DNA of 47,018 bases from positions 1 to 47,018 of the forward strand of contig CBDTVI010000001.1 in assembly GCA_965364065.1 (NCBI GenBank), given 5' to 3'. Below, piece by piece: positions 1-10,361 of the stretch. A model generated the notes under the pieces. That model was not told the DNA's origin. It was given only the letters and a program-made list of their open reading frames with translations, and did not search any database. This DNA comes from an uncultured Yoonia sp. Lineage in GTDB: Bacteria > Pseudomonadota > Alphaproteobacteria > Rhodobacterales > Rhodobacteraceae. The stretch's first letter is position 1; the number at the start of each line of letters is the position of its first letter. The translations under genes and the position numbers were made by a program.

Positions 1-37
1 GAAGCGCGGGTGTTGGATTAGGTTTTTGTGCAGGGCT

Positions 38-67
38 AAGGTCTGCTGTGCGGACAAAGCCACAGTT
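38..67. repeat. Degenerate palindromic intergenic element, left copy
   Basis: aaggtctgctgtgcggacaaagccacagtt contains a ctgtg/cacag stem and shares the TG-N4-CAAAGCC core with the element at 786-801. Pairing is imperfect. Confidence 0.35.
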
Positions 68-197
68 GAATGACCTCACTGCTTAACGCTGCTGTTACGT
101 GTTTTTACTGCACCATGGAGTCAGAAAGCGTGGGTATGGTGCTAGCGGCCAACGAGACGGGCTAGGCAGTGACTAACGCAACAATTCTTTTTTGCTC

Positions 198-496
198 TTA
201 ACTCAGTCGGGTAGTTCGAAATGGGCATAGTGCCGCCCAATCAACAGACCCTGGATGCACGGCCTCGATGACATCGGCAAGGACTTGCGCGTGCGTTTTG
301 CCGCCGTCTTCGGGCTCAGTGGACATGATAATGTCTACCATCATTTCAACATCAAATTGGATTTTCTTCTTGTCAGCGTAAAAATTCTGGTTCTCGCTCT
401 TTCCAGCATCTCTACTTTTTTAGCTAAAGTTTTGGAACGCCCTCCGTTTTCGAATATTTTGAAAAACGGGACGAAAGGATGTGACGTCATTTCCAT
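198..496 (-). pseudogene. Frameshifted small hypothetical protein (~99 aa if repaired)
   Basis: ATG at 496 has GGAG 8 nt upstream. Frame 1 (MEMTSHPFVPFFKIFENGGRSKTLAKK...) stops at 341-343. Adding one A to the A6 run (T6 at 416-421) continues as SRDAGKSENQNFYADKKKIQFDVEMMVDIIMSTEPEDGGKTHAQVLADVIEAVHPGSVDWAALCPFRTTRLS to TAA at 198-200. The span is 299 nt, one base short of 100 codons. Confidence 0.5.
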
Positions 497-752
497 TGCA
501 CTAACTCCGATACTAAATAAATCTACCTCTTAACAATACAAGTTCCACTCAGCGGCATCGACCTGTACAAAAGTATAATTGTTTTCAACAACTTGTCGAA
601 ATTGTGGCGCTATGGGGCCGTTTGGCTTGCCACAGTTTGACTTTGCCTTATTTGGGCGCAAATTTGCTCAAAAATTGCCCCAATTGTTACAGGCTGATTC
701 TATAGGTTTTGGGGCAAGAAAAACTGTGAAGTTCAACACCAGAATACTTTGA

Positions 753-820
753 CAGCGCGCTTGGCCGCGCTGCAGAAAGACGCAAGTTTGGGCTCAAAGC
801 CGCCGTTCGCTATCTCTGCA
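753..820. repeat. Nested palindromic intergenic element, right copy
   Basis: cagcgcg/cgcgctg hairpin (753-772), outer tgcaga...tctgca pair (771-820) and inner tttgggctcaaa near-palindrome (787-798). Confidence 0.45.
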
Positions 821-849
821 AAACACCTTCGGATAGCCGACTGGCATTA

Positions 850-2061
850 CTATCCGCGCATCAGCCTTGGCAAATCACCCGTCAGCCCTGCCGCACGCCG
901 CATAAAGCCGCGCCGCAGGCTTGGTGCTGCATTCACGGCACCCATCCCAAGATCACGCGCAGCCCGTATTAAAGGGTTATCGTTTGAAAATAGTCTGTTG
1001 AATGTATCTGTGGCCAACGCCAGCGTAGCTGTGTCGAACCGTCGCCATTCTTGATAGCGCGCCAGTGCTTGCGCCCCGCCAATGTCTTCGCCGCGTGAGC
1101 GTGCTGTTTCCAGCACGTCGGCCAATGCCGCCACATCCCGTAGGCCAGCGTTCAAGCCTTGCCCAGCGATCGGGTGTACGCCGTGGGCTGCATCACCGAT
1201 CAAGGCCATGCGGTCGGCGATGAAGCTGTTGGCCAACGTCAGGTTCAATGGATAGCTGAACCGCGCACCTGTCAGGCTGATCTGCCCCAAGAAGCTGCCA
1301 AAGGCAGGGCGCAATGCCTCAAGAAAGTCTGCGTCGTTCATCGCAATCAGCTCTGCCGCGCGGGGTTCGGTTTCGCTCCATACAATCGAGCTGCGGTTTT
1401 CGGTCAGTGGCAAGATCGCCAAAGGCCCAGCTGGCATAAAGAACTGATGTGCGATGCCGCCATGTGGCTTTTCATGTGCGACCGCGCAGACAACCGCTGT
1501 TTGGCCATATCCCCAACCCGTGCGCTTGATCCCTGCGCGTGTAGCCGTTCCGCTTTTGCGTCCGTCTGACCCGATCAAAAGGTGGCCATGGACCACCTTA
1601 CCTGACGCCAAAGTCACCGATACGCCGCTTGCGTTGGTGGATTGTGCAACGACGGTTTCTTCGGCCAGTTGCGTGATCCGCCCGTCCGCTGCCATCGCGT
1701 CTAGAAAGGCACGGCGCAGGTGTCGGTCTTGGACCATATAACCCATCGGACCTTCTTCGATCTCAGCATGGTCGAAATGCATCATCCAAGGGCTTGGTCC
1801 TTCGCCCATCCGCCCATCGGTGACTTTAATCTCAAGCATCGGCTGCGCGTGATCGCTGATCGCATCCCAGACCCCAATGCCGCGCAACAACCGCATCGAC
1901 GCAAGCGCAAGCGCATAGCTCCGCCCATCAAAATCGGGGTCTTTACGCGTATCGATCGCCAAGCTGTCGATGATGGTCACGCGAAAGCCCGCCTGTGCCG
2001 CGGCCAGCGCCAAAGCTGGTCCATTCAATCCGCCGCCTACGATGATCAAATCATTATCCAT
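850..2061 (-). CDS. FAD-dependent ubiquinone-biosynthesis hydroxylase (UbiH/UbiL/COQ6 family)
   Basis: Rossmann motif IIVGGGLNG, GSDGRKS, and GDAAHGVHPIAGQGLNAGLRD. Start trimmed to MDNDL (2061) because the longer ORF overlaps the divergent amidase. Confidence 0.9.
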   Translation of the reverse strand: MDNDLIIVGGGLNGPALALAAAQAGFRVTIIDSLAIDTRKDPDFDGRSYALALASMRLLRGIGVWDAISDHAQPMLEIKVTDGRMGEGPSPWMMHFDHAEIEEGPMGYMVQDRHLRRAFLDAMAADGRITQLAEETVVAQSTNASGVSVTLASGKVVHGHLLIGSDGRKSGTATRAGIKRTGWGYGQTAVVCAVAHEKPHGGIAHQFFMPAGPLAILPLTENRSSIVWSETEPRAAELIAMNDADFLEALRPAFGSFLGQISLTGARFSYPLNLTLANSFIADRMALIGDAAHGVHPIAGQGLNAGLRDVAALADVLETARSRGEDIGGAQALARYQEWRRFDTATLALATDTFNRLFSNDNPLIRAARDLGMGAVNAAPSLRRGFMRRAAGLTGDLPRLMRG

Positions 2062-2141
2062 ATCCTGCAATATGGCCGCTCGTACGGGATTGTCCATGCG
2101 CGGCTTGGCCGCTACCGTCCGCCAAACCTTGGGAGTATCGC

Positions 2142-3470
2142 ATGCAAGATTGGCTATGGATGACAGCGGCAGATTTGGGTCGCGCGATTGGGGCAGGTGA
2201 CATTGATCCGATCGCACTAACGGACATTTATCTGGCCGCCATTGACGCACATGAACACCGTGACCGCATTTATGCGCGGGTCACGCATGATCGCGCGAGA
2301 TCCGAAGCAAAATCTGCGTCAGAGCGTGCAAAATCGGGCATGCGGCGTGGTCCGTTGGACGGTGTGCCGATTTCCTGGAAGGATTTGTTTGATACTGCGG
2401 GTACGGCGACTGAAGCAGGCACAGCCCTTATGGAAGGCCGTGTGCCGGACGCCGATGCAGAGGTTCTGCAGGCGGCGACTTCAGCGGGTCTAGTGTGTTT
2501 GGGCAAGACACATATGTCCGAGATTGCGTTTTCGGGACTAGGTTTGAACCCGATCACTGCTACTTCGCCTTGTGTGAATGATCCTGATGCTGTGCCGGGG
2601 GGGTCTTCTTCGGGGGCTGGGGCCTCGGTCGCGTTTGGGTTGGCTGCGGCGGCAATCGGGTCTGATACAGGTGGTTCAGTACGCATTCCGTCTGCTTGGA
2701 ATGATTTGGTAGGGTTGAAAACCACGCATGGGCGGCTGTCGCTGGAAGGCACTGTGCCGCTTTGTCTGACGTTTGATACCATTGGTCCGCTTTGCCGCTC
2801 TGTCGAGGATGCCAACCTGTTGCTGGCCGCTTTGGAGGGAAGCAAACCTGCCGATTTGGGTGGCGCCAGCCTAGAAGGTGTCCGCTTGATGATCCTTGAT
2901 ACGATTGTCCCTGAGGACGTGCGTGATGCGCCGCGTGCTGCGTTTGAAAGCGCGGTTGCGCAGTTGCAAGCCGCTGGTGCGGTCGTCGAGCACCGCTATT
3001 TTTCGCAGTTATTTGATGCGTTCAATGTGGGAGGCAATCTTTATGCTGCCGATAGCTATGGCTGGTGGCGAGATTTGGTCGAGGCTCATCCCGAAAAAAT
3101 GTTCCCGCAGATATTGGACCGCGTGCGTGGCGGTAAAACGGTGACTGGCCCCGATTATTGCGCGGGCTGGAACACGTTGCGTGACATTCGCAAGCAATAC
3201 ATCGCAGAGACAGCGCAGTTTGATGCCGTAATCATGCCGACCGCAGCCATTTTGCCACCAAATGCAGAGCGCCTTCTGGCGGATGATGAATACTACAAGT
3301 CCGAGAACTTGCTGGCCTTGCGCAATACGCGGGTCGCAAATTTACTTGATGTTTGTTCGATGACTTTGCCGACAGATGTGCCGTCTTGTGGGATCATGTT
3401 TAACGGGCAGCACGGGACAGAGGCTGCGTTGTTGCGGCTTTGTGCTGCAGCAGAGCAGGCCTTGTCGTAG
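2142..3470 (+). CDS. Amidase signature family protein (GatA-like)
   Basis: GPLDGVPISWKDL, PGGSSSG and GSDTGGSVRIPSA give the Lys/Ser/Ser triad motifs. Confidence 0.9.
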   Translation: MQDWLWMTAADLGRAIGAGDIDPIALTDIYLAAIDAHEHRDRIYARVTHDRARSEAKSASERAKSGMRRGPLDGVPISWKDLFDTAGTATEAGTALMEGRVPDADAEVLQAATSAGLVCLGKTHMSEIAFSGLGLNPITATSPCVNDPDAVPGGSSSGAGASVAFGLAAAAIGSDTGGSVRIPSAWNDLVGLKTTHGRLSLEGTVPLCLTFDTIGPLCRSVEDANLLLAALEGSKPADLGGASLEGVRLMILDTIVPEDVRDAPRAAFESAVAQLQAAGAVVEHRYFSQLFDAFNVGGNLYAADSYGWWRDLVEAHPEKMFPQILDRVRGGKTVTGPDYCAGWNTLRDIRKQYIAETAQFDAVIMPTAAILPPNAERLLADDEYYKSENLLALRNTRVANLLDVCSMTLPTDVPSCGIMFNGQHGTEAALLRLCAAAEQALS

Positions 3471-3608
3471 ATTCTGCCTGCGCTTTCGGTGACTGACCCA
3501 AAAGCCACAAAAGCCCAACCAGTTCGCCTCTTGTTCTGGACAGGACGCCTATCCGCGGGCTAGTTTGGGACAAAGCGGGGCGAAATGATCCCGCGTATTG
3601 AGGCAGTT

Positions 3609-4784
3609 ATGGTATTTCCCGAGCGGTTTTCGGACCTTCCGGCAGCGACGTGGCCACGCTTGCGTGCCCTTTTAGACGTGCCGACGCAGGCGTCCGAGAC
3701 GATTAACATGACGATTGGCGAACCGCGCCACGCATTTCCTGCGTTCGTGGGCGATATTATTGCGGACAATCTTGCCGGTTTTGGCAAGTACCCTGACAAC
3801 AACGGAACCGCACCGCTGTTGGATGCAATTGGTGGTTTTCTAAAGCGCCGTTACGATCTTGATGTTCCGGCAGAGCAAATTCTGGCGCTCAACGGTACCC
3901 GCGAGGGGCTGTACAATGCGGCGATGGCGCTTTGCCGCGAGGAAAAGCACGGCAAGCCTGTGATCCTGACTCCGAACCCGTTTTATCAGGTCTATGCAGT
4001 TGCGGCGTTGTCAGTCGGAGCAGAGCCGATTTATGTGCCCGCGACACTGGCCTCTGGCCATTTGCCAGATTTCCATGCGCTGTCCGAGAATGTTTTGAAC
4101 CGCACAGCGATTGCCTACATTTGTTCACCAGCGAACCCGCAAGGCGCCGTGGCTGACGCGGCATATTGGCGTGATCTGATTACGTTGGCTGAAAAGCATG
4201 ATTTCATTATCTTCGCCGACGAATGTTATTCCGAGATTTACCGAGACGCGCCGCCCGTCGGTGCATTGCAGATCGCTTCGCAGATGGGCGCAGACCCAGA
4301 GCGTGTAGTGATCTTCCACTCCCTTTCCAAGCGATCAAACCTGCCGGGATTGCGGTCCGGTTTTTGTGCTGGTGGGCCAAAATCAATTGCCCGTATCCGG
4401 CTATTGCGCGCCTTTGCTGGTGCGCCGTTGCCGGGCCCTTTGCAGGCCGTTGCCGCCGCCGCTTGGGCGGACGAGGCGCATGTGCAGGAAAACCGCGCGC
4501 TGTATCAGCACAAATACACAGTTGCTGACAATATCTTGGGCCACATTGATGGCTATCAATCCCCCCAAGCGGGGTTCTTTTTGTGGCTGCCAATCGCGGA
4601 TGGCGAACAGGCAGCCGTCAAGCTTTGGCAAGATACTGGCGTGCGGGTTCTTCCCGGTGCGTATCTTAGCCAAAAAGCGAACGGGCTAAACCCCGGCGAG
4701 AATTACATTCGGGTCGCAATGGTGGCCCCAACACAAGAAATGCAGCGCGGTCTCACCCTGATCCGCGACTGTTTGTATGGTTAA
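3609..4784 (+). CDS. Class I/II PLP aminotransferase (succinyl-diaminopimelate transaminase DapC-like)
   Basis: [16 protein letters not shown] and [14 protein letters not shown] (PLP lysine). GAGG RBS precedes the ATG at 3609. Confidence 0.85.
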   Translation: MVFPERFSDLPAATWPRLRALLDVPTQASETINMTIGEPRHAFPAFVGDIIADNLAGFGKYPDNNGTAPLLDAIGGFLKRRYDLDVPAEQILALNGTREGLYNAAMALCREEKHGKPVILTPNPFYQVYAVAALSVGAEPIYVPATLASGHLPDFHALSENVLNRTAIAYICSPANPQGAVADAAYWRDLITLAEKHDFIIFADECYSEIYRDAPPVGALQIASQMGADPERVVIFHSLSKRSNLPGLRSGFCAGGPKSIARIRLLRAFAGAPLPGPLQAVAAAAWADEAHVQENRALYQHKYTVADNILGHIDGYQSPQAGFFLWLPIADGEQAAVKLWQDTGVRVLPGAYLSQKANGLNPGENYIRVAMVAPTQEMQRGLTLIRDCLYG

Positions 4785-4795
4785 GGAATAGCAGT

Positions 4796-7735
4796 ATGGC
4801 ATCTTACCAATCTAGGCGGCGCGACCCGCTTTTGGACAGCACAACACAGGCTGCGATTGAAAAACGAACCAAAGAGCTTTTGGGCCTTGGATTGGTTTTC
4901 GCAGGTCTATTGATCGCTGTGATGGTGGGCAGTTATGCGCCAACTGATCCAAGCTGGATTTCGGCGACTGATGCGCCTGTGCAAAATTGGCTAGGTCATT
5001 TCGGAGCATCACTTGCTGCGCCATTGATGATGATTGTGGGTCTTGGAATCTGGGTTGTGCCAGTGGTGCTGCTGGCCTGGGGAGTGCGTTTTGTGATGCA
5101 CTATGGCCAGGAACGCGCAGTGGGCCGTTTGATTTTTGCGCCTTTGGCGATTGTTGTGGCCTCTGTTCATGCGGCAACGCTGGCGCCTACTGCGGATTGG
5201 CCTGCGAATTTCGGGCTTGGTGGGTTGTTCGGTGACACCGTTTTGGGTGTGATCTTGACCATTCTGCCGTTCGGCGCGGCCTTTGGCGTCAAGCTGTTGT
5301 CGCTCTTGTCCGGTGTTGGATTGCTGGCTCTTTTGGCATTTGCGCTGGGCTTTACACGACCTGAATTGAAGGTCGGGGGTCGCTTTGCTTTGCTGGGAAC
5401 GGTGATGCTTTACAGTGGTTTTCTGCGTTTGGTTGGCAAGAGCGCCTCCTTGTCTGCACAAGCCGCTCAAGGCATGAACACGACGATCCAATCACGCCGT
5501 GCGCAAATGGTCGAGACCCGTTCTGCGCGTGTTGAAGCTCCTGAATTGATTGACACATTCACTGTGCCCCCTGTTGACGCGAACCGCGCACGCGGCGCCG
5601 CTGTCGTGCGTTCAAACTCTGTATTGCCAGCAGGCGAACCCGCATTGACCAGTTCAATGATGCCACCAGCGCCACCACTGCGCAGCGCGCCGCTTGCCGC
5701 ACCCGCGCGCAACATGCCTGCATCAGAGGCGCCGCAAACTGGTTTTCTTTCCGGACTGCTGAAACGCAATGAAGCCATGCCAGAGCCGGAATTGGTCACC
5801 CAAAACCTGCCCGAGATGGATATTGCGCTGGACGGCAACCCTGACCGCGTTAGCGCACGGATTGCAGATGCGATTAAAAACCGCACGGTTCCGCCGTCGC
5901 CTACAGGTGTGCGGATTGAGCCGTCTTTGACTGCGGGCCGTGGGCCGAAACCATTGGTATTTTCACCTTTGGAAGAGGACCTATCTGCCGACGAAGAGCT
6001 GTTCGAAGCTCCTGTCGAGACGCCAGTCGACGCACCCCGCATGGCCGCACCGCATACGCCGATCCCAGAAGTTTATGTGCCAACTCCGACACCATCCGCG
6101 ATGGCCGCCCCCACGCCAGAACCGCGCAGCGTTGTCCAGCACCCGGTCAAACGCGCGGCCCAACCATCAACCCAAGCCAAGGCAGAGGCACAGCCAGCGC
6201 TGAAGTTTGACGAGAAATACGCCGGCTACGAACACCCACCGCTCAGCCTGCTGACCAGCCCTGTTGAAATCCAGCGTCATCATCTGAGCGATGAAGCGCT
6301 TGAGGAAAATGCGCGCATGCTGGAAAGCGTGCTTGATGACTATGGCGTCAAAGGCGACATCGTGTCCGTGCGCCCAGGTCCGGTTGTCACCATGTACGAG
6401 CTTGAACCTGCTCCCGGATTGAAAGCGTCCCGCGTGATTGGTCTTTCTGATGATATCGCACGTTCGATGTCTGCACTTTCTGCGCGTGTGTCGACCGTGC
6501 CGGGTCGGTCGGTTATTGGTATCGAATTACCCAACGAGCATCGTGAAAAAGTAGTTTTGCGCGAAATCCTGTCGCACCGTGATTTCGGTGATGGCAATCA
6601 AAAGCTGCCGCTTGCTTTGGGCAAGGATATTGGCGGCGAACCGATTATTGCGAACCTTGCCAAGATGCCGCACTTGCTGATCGCGGGTACGACGGGTTCA
6701 GGTAAATCCGTGGCGATCAACACAATGATCCTATCGCTGCTTTACAAGCTGACACCCGAAGAATGCCGGATGATCATGATCGACCCTAAGATGCTGGAAT
6801 TGTCTGTCTATGACGGCATTCCGCATCTGCTTTCCCCCGTCGTAACTGACCCAAAGAAGGCGGTTGTCGCCCTCAAATGGGTCGTAGGCGAAATGGAAGA
6901 ACGCTATCGCAAGATGTCCAAAATGGGTGTGCGCAACATCGACGGATTTAATGGGCGCGTCAAAGATGCGTTAGGCAAGAACGAGATGTTCAGTCGCACG
7001 GTTCAAACCGGTTTTGACGATGAAACCGGCGACCCGATCTTTGAGACCGAAGAATTTCAGCCGGAAGTATTGCCATATATCGTCGTTATCGTCGACGAAA
7101 TGGCCGACCTGATGATGGTCGCTGGCAAAGAGATCGAGGCCTGTATTCAGCGCCTCGCCCAGATGGCCCGCGCGTCAGGTATCCACCTGATTATGGCGAC
7201 CCAACGCCCGTCTGTGGACGTGATCACCGGCACGATCAAAGCAAACTTTCCGACTCGAATTTCTTTCCAAGTGACCTCAAAAATCGACAGCCGTACGATC
7301 TTGGGTGAGATGGGCGCAGAACAGCTGCTAGGCATGGGTGACATGCTTTATATGGCGGGTGGCTCCAAGATCATGCGCGTGCATGGCCCGTTTGTCAGTG
7401 ATGAAGAAGTCGAAGAAATCGTCAACCATCTCAAGGGGTTCGGCCCACCCGAGTACATGTCCGGTGTTGTTGAAGGACCTTCTGACGACGCAGAAAGCAG
7501 CATTGATCTCGTGCTGGGTTTGGGTGACGGATCCGACAGTGAAAACGCACTGTATGACACCGCCGTTGCCATTGTGATCAAGGACCGCAAATGTTCGACG
7601 TCCTACATTCAGCGCAAATTGGCGATCGGTTATAATAAGGCCGCCAAGTTGGTTGAGCAGATGGAAGACGAAGGCGTAGTAAGCTCTGCAAACCATGTCG
7701 GCAAACGCGAGATTTTGGTGCCTGAGCGGCACTAA
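4796..7735 (+). CDS. ftsK: DNA translocase FtsK
   Basis: N-terminal multi-TM domain, Pro-rich linker, Walker [23 protein letters not shown] and gamma domain ([17 protein letters not shown]). Confidence 0.97.
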   Translation: MASYQSRRRDPLLDSTTQAAIEKRTKELLGLGLVFAGLLIAVMVGSYAPTDPSWISATDAPVQNWLGHFGASLAAPLMMIVGLGIWVVPVVLLAWGVRFVMHYGQERAVGRLIFAPLAIVVASVHAATLAPTADWPANFGLGGLFGDTVLGVILTILPFGAAFGVKLLSLLSGVGLLALLAFALGFTRPELKVGGRFALLGTVMLYSGFLRLVGKSASLSAQAAQGMNTTIQSRRAQMVETRSARVEAPELIDTFTVPPVDANRARGAAVVRSNSVLPAGEPALTSSMMPPAPPLRSAPLAAPARNMPASEAPQTGFLSGLLKRNEAMPEPELVTQNLPEMDIALDGNPDRVSARIADAIKNRTVPPSPTGVRIEPSLTAGRGPKPLVFSPLEEDLSADEELFEAPVETPVDAPRMAAPHTPIPEVYVPTPTPSAMAAPTPEPRSVVQHPVKRAAQPSTQAKAEAQPALKFDEKYAGYEHPPLSLLTSPVEIQRHHLSDEALEENARMLESVLDDYGVKGDIVSVRPGPVVTMYELEPAPGLKASRVIGLSDDIARSMSALSARVSTVPGRSVIGIELPNEHREKVVLREILSHRDFGDGNQKLPLALGKDIGGEPIIANLAKMPHLLIAGTTGSGKSVAINTMILSLLYKLTPEECRMIMIDPKMLELSVYDGIPHLLSPVVTDPKKAVVALKWVVGEMEERYRKMSKMGVRNIDGFNGRVKDALGKNEMFSRTVQTGFDDETGDPIFETEEFQPEVLPYIVVIVDEMADLMMVAGKEIEACIQRLAQMARASGIHLIMATQRPSVDVITGTIKANFPTRISFQVTSKIDSRTILGEMGAEQLLGMGDMLYMAGGSKIMRVHGPFVSDEEVEEIVNHLKGFGPPEYMSGVVEGPSDDAESSIDLVLGLGDGSDSENALYDTAVAIVIKDRKCSTSYIQRKLAIGYNKAAKLVEQMEDEGVVSSANHVGKREILVPERH

Positions 7736-7807
7736 TTGCGGGCGTTCAATAAGTCTTAGTGTTTTAGTGCGAGTGTTGTCTGAACTTATCAACTGACAGG
7801 TTCGGGC

Positions 7808-9922
7808 ATGAAACTACGCATTGTAATGATCACGATCATTCTTCCTCTTTTGGCATTGGCTGCTTACTTTGCCGCGCAGTCGATAACGGCGGAACGGGAC
7901 CGCTTGGCTGTTGCGTCAAGTTCGGTTGTGCGTGCAACCGAACAAAGTGCAATCAATGATTTGATCCATGAATTACAAAAGGAGCGCGGTTATTCGGCCG
8001 GATTTGTTGCCTCTAGGGGTGCAAATTTTGCGCGCAATCTTGTGCGGCAGCGTACGGAAACAGACCGCTTCGTACCGTCTGTCTTGCAACAAACACAAGT
8101 CCTTGCTGCTGATAGAGCACTGGAATTTGGACGCGCCGCGACCGCAATTGGACAACTGGGAAACTTTCGCTCCGATGTCAAAAACCTAAACGTGAATGTG
8201 CCAGATGTTGCGGATTTCTACACACGCATTGTGAATGATCTACTACTCATCGCTTACCCACTAGGTTTTGAAAGCAGCAGTGAAAAATTGACGGCCTTGC
8301 AATCATCCCGCGCACTTTTGGCGGCAGCAAAGGAACGTGCTGGTCTAGAGCGCGCGATGGGATCAACGGGGCTAAGTTCAGGTTTTTCGTCTTCGATTTT
8401 TCAGATATTCTTACAGCACGCTGGTGCGCAGCAGGCGCTAATAACTGAAACGGCGAAGCGACTGAACAGCACGCTCCTTAGTGATGCACTTTATGACACC
8501 TCAGAATTTGCCGCGTTACAGGCCGCACGCGAGGTGATTGTTCGTGGTGCCGAGACCAATGATTACGGCACCCTTAGCCCGGCGCAATGGTTTCAGATTT
8601 CCACAGCATGGATTGATGTCTTGCGCGAAGCCGAGAACGAGAAGACCAAGGACATTGGTTTGTTTGCGGCTTCAACGGAATCGGAAAGCATAGCAAATTT
8701 GCGGTACACAACGCTTTTCGGCGCGTTGTCGATCCTTGTGATCGGCCTCTTAGCAATCGGTAGTTTTGAATGGATGATCCACCGGATCAAAGTTTTAACC
8801 ACTGTTGTTGATGGGTTCGCCAAGGGAGATTTTGCGAAATTCGTTCCCAGCATCAATCGTAGTGATGAAATCAGCAAAATGGCGCGCGCGATCTACCACT
8901 TTAAACAAGAAACGCTCGCTTTGCGACGCGAAGCCGAAGAAATGAAGACCTCGGATGAGGCTGATCTAAATGCCAAACACGGCCAGGTGGTCGCGCTAGT
9001 CACAGAAGGCCTGGCAGCATTGGCGCGTTCTGATCTGAGCTGTCATTTTGATCAACGCATCGAAGGTGGTTATGATCAAATCAGGGAAGATTTCAATTCT
9101 GCATCTGCCCAACTTCGTGACGTTTTAAGGGCGATCGCGACCACGGTGGCCGACTTGGATCACGCGGCGTCAGGCATGAATAAATCAGCGCTAGACCTTG
9201 CCTCTCGAACGAACGAACAGGTGGAAACGATCCGTGATACGGCATCGCGAGTGAGTGATTTGTCGTCCGAGGTCGAAGTGTTCGGACAAGAGATTGTCTC
9301 AGCATCGTCGCTTGCAGGAAATGCACGAGAACAAGCGGCCGCCTCGGCGGTTGTTATGCGCGAGGCTGTAGCTGCAATGGACCGCATCCGCACATCGTCC
9401 GAACAAATTGGTGCAATTATTTCGATGATCGAAGATATTTCGTTCCAGACAAACCTATTGGCTTTGAACGCAGGGGTAGAGGCTGCCCGCGCGGGATCAG
9501 CGGGTCTGGGATTTGCTGTCGTTGCGTCAGAAGTGCGTGCACTTGCCCAACGCGCGAGCCAAGCTGCTATGGATATCAAGGCGCTGGTCGATGAAAGTGG
9601 CCGCCACGTGAAGGCGGGTGGTGATCTGGTTGATCAAACCGGCGCGGCCTTGGACGATATTTCAGAAGGCATTATGCTCGTTGATGATGTCTTGGTGCGC
9701 GTTGCCGCAGGTTCTAAATCCCAGATATTGAGTTTGCGCAGCCTTTCAAAGGCTGTGAACGAGATCAATGAGTTGGCCGGCCGCAACATGGCAATGGCCG
9801 ATGATACCAAGTCGTCATCTGATGGGATCGCGCTGCGATCGCAACAATTGGCAGGCCTAATTCAAGACTTCAAACTTGAGGTGGATGGTGCCCAAATTCG
9901 GCAGGCAAGCTATGCTGCGTAG
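7808..9922 (+). CDS. Methyl-accepting chemotaxis protein with periplasmic NIT (nitrate/nitrite-sensing) domain
   Basis: Two TM segments, NIT-like motifs IHELQKERG and AKERAGLERA, HAMP region (DEISKMARA) and the MCP hairpin tip QTNLLALNAGVEAARAG..GFAVVASEVRALA. Confidence 0.9.
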   Translation: MKLRIVMITIILPLLALAAYFAAQSITAERDRLAVASSSVVRATEQSAINDLIHELQKERGYSAGFVASRGANFARNLVRQRTETDRFVPSVLQQTQVLAADRALEFGRAATAIGQLGNFRSDVKNLNVNVPDVADFYTRIVNDLLLIAYPLGFESSSEKLTALQSSRALLAAAKERAGLERAMGSTGLSSGFSSSIFQIFLQHAGAQQALITETAKRLNSTLLSDALYDTSEFAALQAAREVIVRGAETNDYGTLSPAQWFQISTAWIDVLREAENEKTKDIGLFAASTESESIANLRYTTLFGALSILVIGLLAIGSFEWMIHRIKVLTTVVDGFAKGDFAKFVPSINRSDEISKMARAIYHFKQETLALRREAEEMKTSDEADLNAKHGQVVALVTEGLAALARSDLSCHFDQRIEGGYDQIREDFNSASAQLRDVLRAIATTVADLDHAASGMNKSALDLASRTNEQVETIRDTASRVSDLSSEVEVFGQEIVSASSLAGNAREQAAASAVVMREAVAAMDRIRTSSEQIGAIISMIEDISFQTNLLALNAGVEAARAGSAGLGFAVVASEVRALAQRASQAAMDIKALVDESGRHVKAGGDLVDQTGAALDDISEGIMLVDDVLVRVAAGSKSQILSLRSLSKAVNEINELAGRNMAMADDTKSSSDGIALRSQQLAGLIQDFKLEVDGAQIRQASYAA

Positions 9923-9990
9923 ATAAAATGCTCACATAGCCAAATTGGCATTTGATTTACTAAGCAAAATTTGACTGGCAAAGCAGAACG

Positions 9991-10021
9991 AAAAACCCCC
10001 GCCTAATAAATCAGACGAGGG
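9991..10021 (-). terminator. Rho-independent terminator of rpsU
   Basis: Minus-strand RNA cccucgucu-loop-aggcggggg (9 bp with G-U pairs) followed by UUUUU, just downstream of the rpsU stop. Confidence 0.7.
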
Positions 10022-10048
10022 CAATTATCTTCACGTTGGAAGGATTGC

Positions 10049-10255
10049 TTAAAGCATGCCTTCACGCTGAAGCTTTTTACGTGCCAGCTTGCGCTGACGA
10101 CGGATAGCTTCTGCTTTCTCACGCGCTTTACGCACGGACGGTTTTTCGAAATGTTGCTTAAGCTTCATTTCACGAAAAACGCCCTCACGCTGGAGCTTCT
10201 TTTTCAGAGCACGCAACGCCTGATCAACGTTATTATCACGAACACTAACCTGCAT
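10049..10255 (-). CDS. rpsU: 30S ribosomal protein S21
   Basis: [25 protein letters not shown]...HFEKPS is the alphaproteobacterial S21 signature. Confidence 0.98.
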   Translation of the reverse strand: MQVSVRDNNVDQALRALKKKLQREGVFREMKLKQHFEKPSVRKAREKAEAIRRQRKLARKKLQREGML

Positions 10256-10361
10256 GTGGTTTTCACCACCTCTCTAAGTTGGATTTGCAAAAATTGCAGG
10301 ATGTGGTCAGTTAGCAAAGGTGGACTAGTTTGTCGAGTCAATGCTGACCAAGGAGATGCAC

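Noticed and set aside
415..422. Programmed -1 ribosomal frameshift at AAAAAAG
   Set aside because: The run is phased GCT-AAA-AAA-G rather than the canonical A-AAA-AAG, and I see no clear stimulatory hairpin. An indel is the simpler explanation.
255..533. 92-aa + strand ORF in the AT-rich region
   Set aside because: It has no clear RBS or motif and is antisense to the better-supported frameshifted minus-strand gene. It is not fully excluded.
749..1054. 101-aa ORF starting in the palindromic element
   Set aside because: It reads through the repeat and then antisense into the hydroxylase gene, typical of a spurious ORF.
2062..2250. N-terminal extensions in the ORF track (hydroxylase here; also MTase, NYN, recO, SH3, VOC and pduO)
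   Set aside because: The extensions overlap neighbouring genes or repeats, while internal starts have RBSs and match family N-termini.
5560..6200. Pro/Ala-rich low-complexity stretch in ftsK
   Set aside because: This is the normal variable FtsK linker; no discrete tandem repeat unit was seen.
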